Shown here piece by piece: positions 63,038-64,000 of a DNA stretch of 64,000 nt. The translations under genes and the position numbers were made by a program. Below the pieces are notes generated by a model. That model was not told the origin of the DNA, searched no databases, and worked only from the letters and a program-made list of their open reading frames with translations. This DNA is from Camelus ferus (Eukaryota), in assembly GCF_009834535.1 (NCBI RefSeq), contig NC_045697.1, positions 48,362,001-48,426,000 on the forward strand, read 5' to 3'. Each line of letters opens with the position of its first letter. Position 1 is the first letter of the stretch.

Positions 63038-64000
63038 CATAGTGAGTCTCTTCCTTGTATCCAGTGGAACCTAATTACCTCCTAACTACTGGGAAGGCTT
63101 CATGCTAAGTGCTTTCACATTATTATCTCAATTTTAAACCATATTTCTCAGTTTAAATACCAACAATGCTCCCATACATCAGGTGCAAGGGGAACTAATA
63201 AAGTTGAAGTGATTTTCATGTTCCATGAGCTATAAAATACGGAAGTCACAGCCAGAAGGAACTGTGTAGTGGAAGAATTTGCTGCTTTTCCCACCTGGTT
63301 CACAAAGAGAAAAACAATCTAACTAAATAGCATTATGGTAATGAGAGAAAAGGGTGTATCCAGTTGAGATTCTTTTAGTCATTAACAAAAAAAAAATCCC
63401 AGCAAATTAAATTAAACGAACAAGGAGAATTTATTATAATGATACAGAGGTAACTCACAAAAGCATAAAGGGATGTTCAGTCTCAGAAAAGAGCCACACC
63501 TGGGTTTCCTCTGTATCTCTGTGTCTGTCTCCTTCTTCTGTCCACGTCCCCTAGCTTTCTCTATTTCCCCGTCTGCCTGGCAGAAAGTCTCCCCACAACT
63601 GAGTAACCACTCTGCCTAACAGGGAAACTGAATCAATCTCCTCCTTGCCTCTCTTTTTTCCTTCCTGCTACTCTGCACCCACCTCAATTCCATATTCGCA
63701 GGGAAGTTGCTCTGACTGGTCCAGCTTGGGTCAAATATTCATGGTGGGTACAGTGCACTGCAGCTGAGAGACAGAATGAAGGAACCACCTTATATGAAGT
63801 GGGAGTGATGGTGGAGACACGTGGAGGTTGGGGGGGTGGTTGGCCTGGTCTTTTCACCCGGGATCACCAGACTGGGGCAGTTAGGTGGAAGGTGAGTGTT
63901 TATTTTCAGTTGACTCACTTCAAAAGATGTCCACTGCAAAGGGTGAACCAATTATCTCTACCACATTAAGCAAAACAACTCTTCAATGATCCCAAATACA

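Noticed and set aside
42000..64000. Expected neighbouring gene CCNI
   Set aside because: No cyclin I exons or second CpG island seen; it presumably lies beyond the window.

Overview
Mammalian genomic DNA, most likely a camelid (alpaca/camel), judged from repeated tRNA-Ala-derived Vic-1-type SINEs and the L1 3' ends. The only protein-coding gene I can support is a complete CCNG2 (cyclin G2) on the minus strand. It has 7 coding exons (39629->33237; 1035 nt = 344 aa + stop; all introns GT-AG), a probable non-coding exon 1 in a CpG-island promoter (~39650-41500), and a ~1.3 kb 3'UTR ending near an AATAAA at 31936-31941. The rest is intergenic and transposon-rich: L1 3' fragments with TSDs, SINEs, MIR/L2, Tigger1, Charlie1a, MER63A, MER5A, MaLR and ERVL LTRs, a fossil ERV-L provirus and two younger solo LTRs. 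I see no convincing new gene or novel coding system, and nearly all other listed ORFs are artefacts. The best leads are regulatory or mechanistic: a MER41-like solo LTR with an intact STAT GAS motif ~16 kb upstream of CCNG2, two uORFs in the CCNG2 leader, a proximal poly(A) signal that would remove miRNA/Pumilio sites, recurring GC-box/CHR modules, an orphan promoter-like cluster at ~6.3 kb, and a probable L1-L1 template-switch chimera. Repeat family names and comparisons with human CCNG2 are from memory and need RepeatMasker/Dfam and BLAST confirmation.
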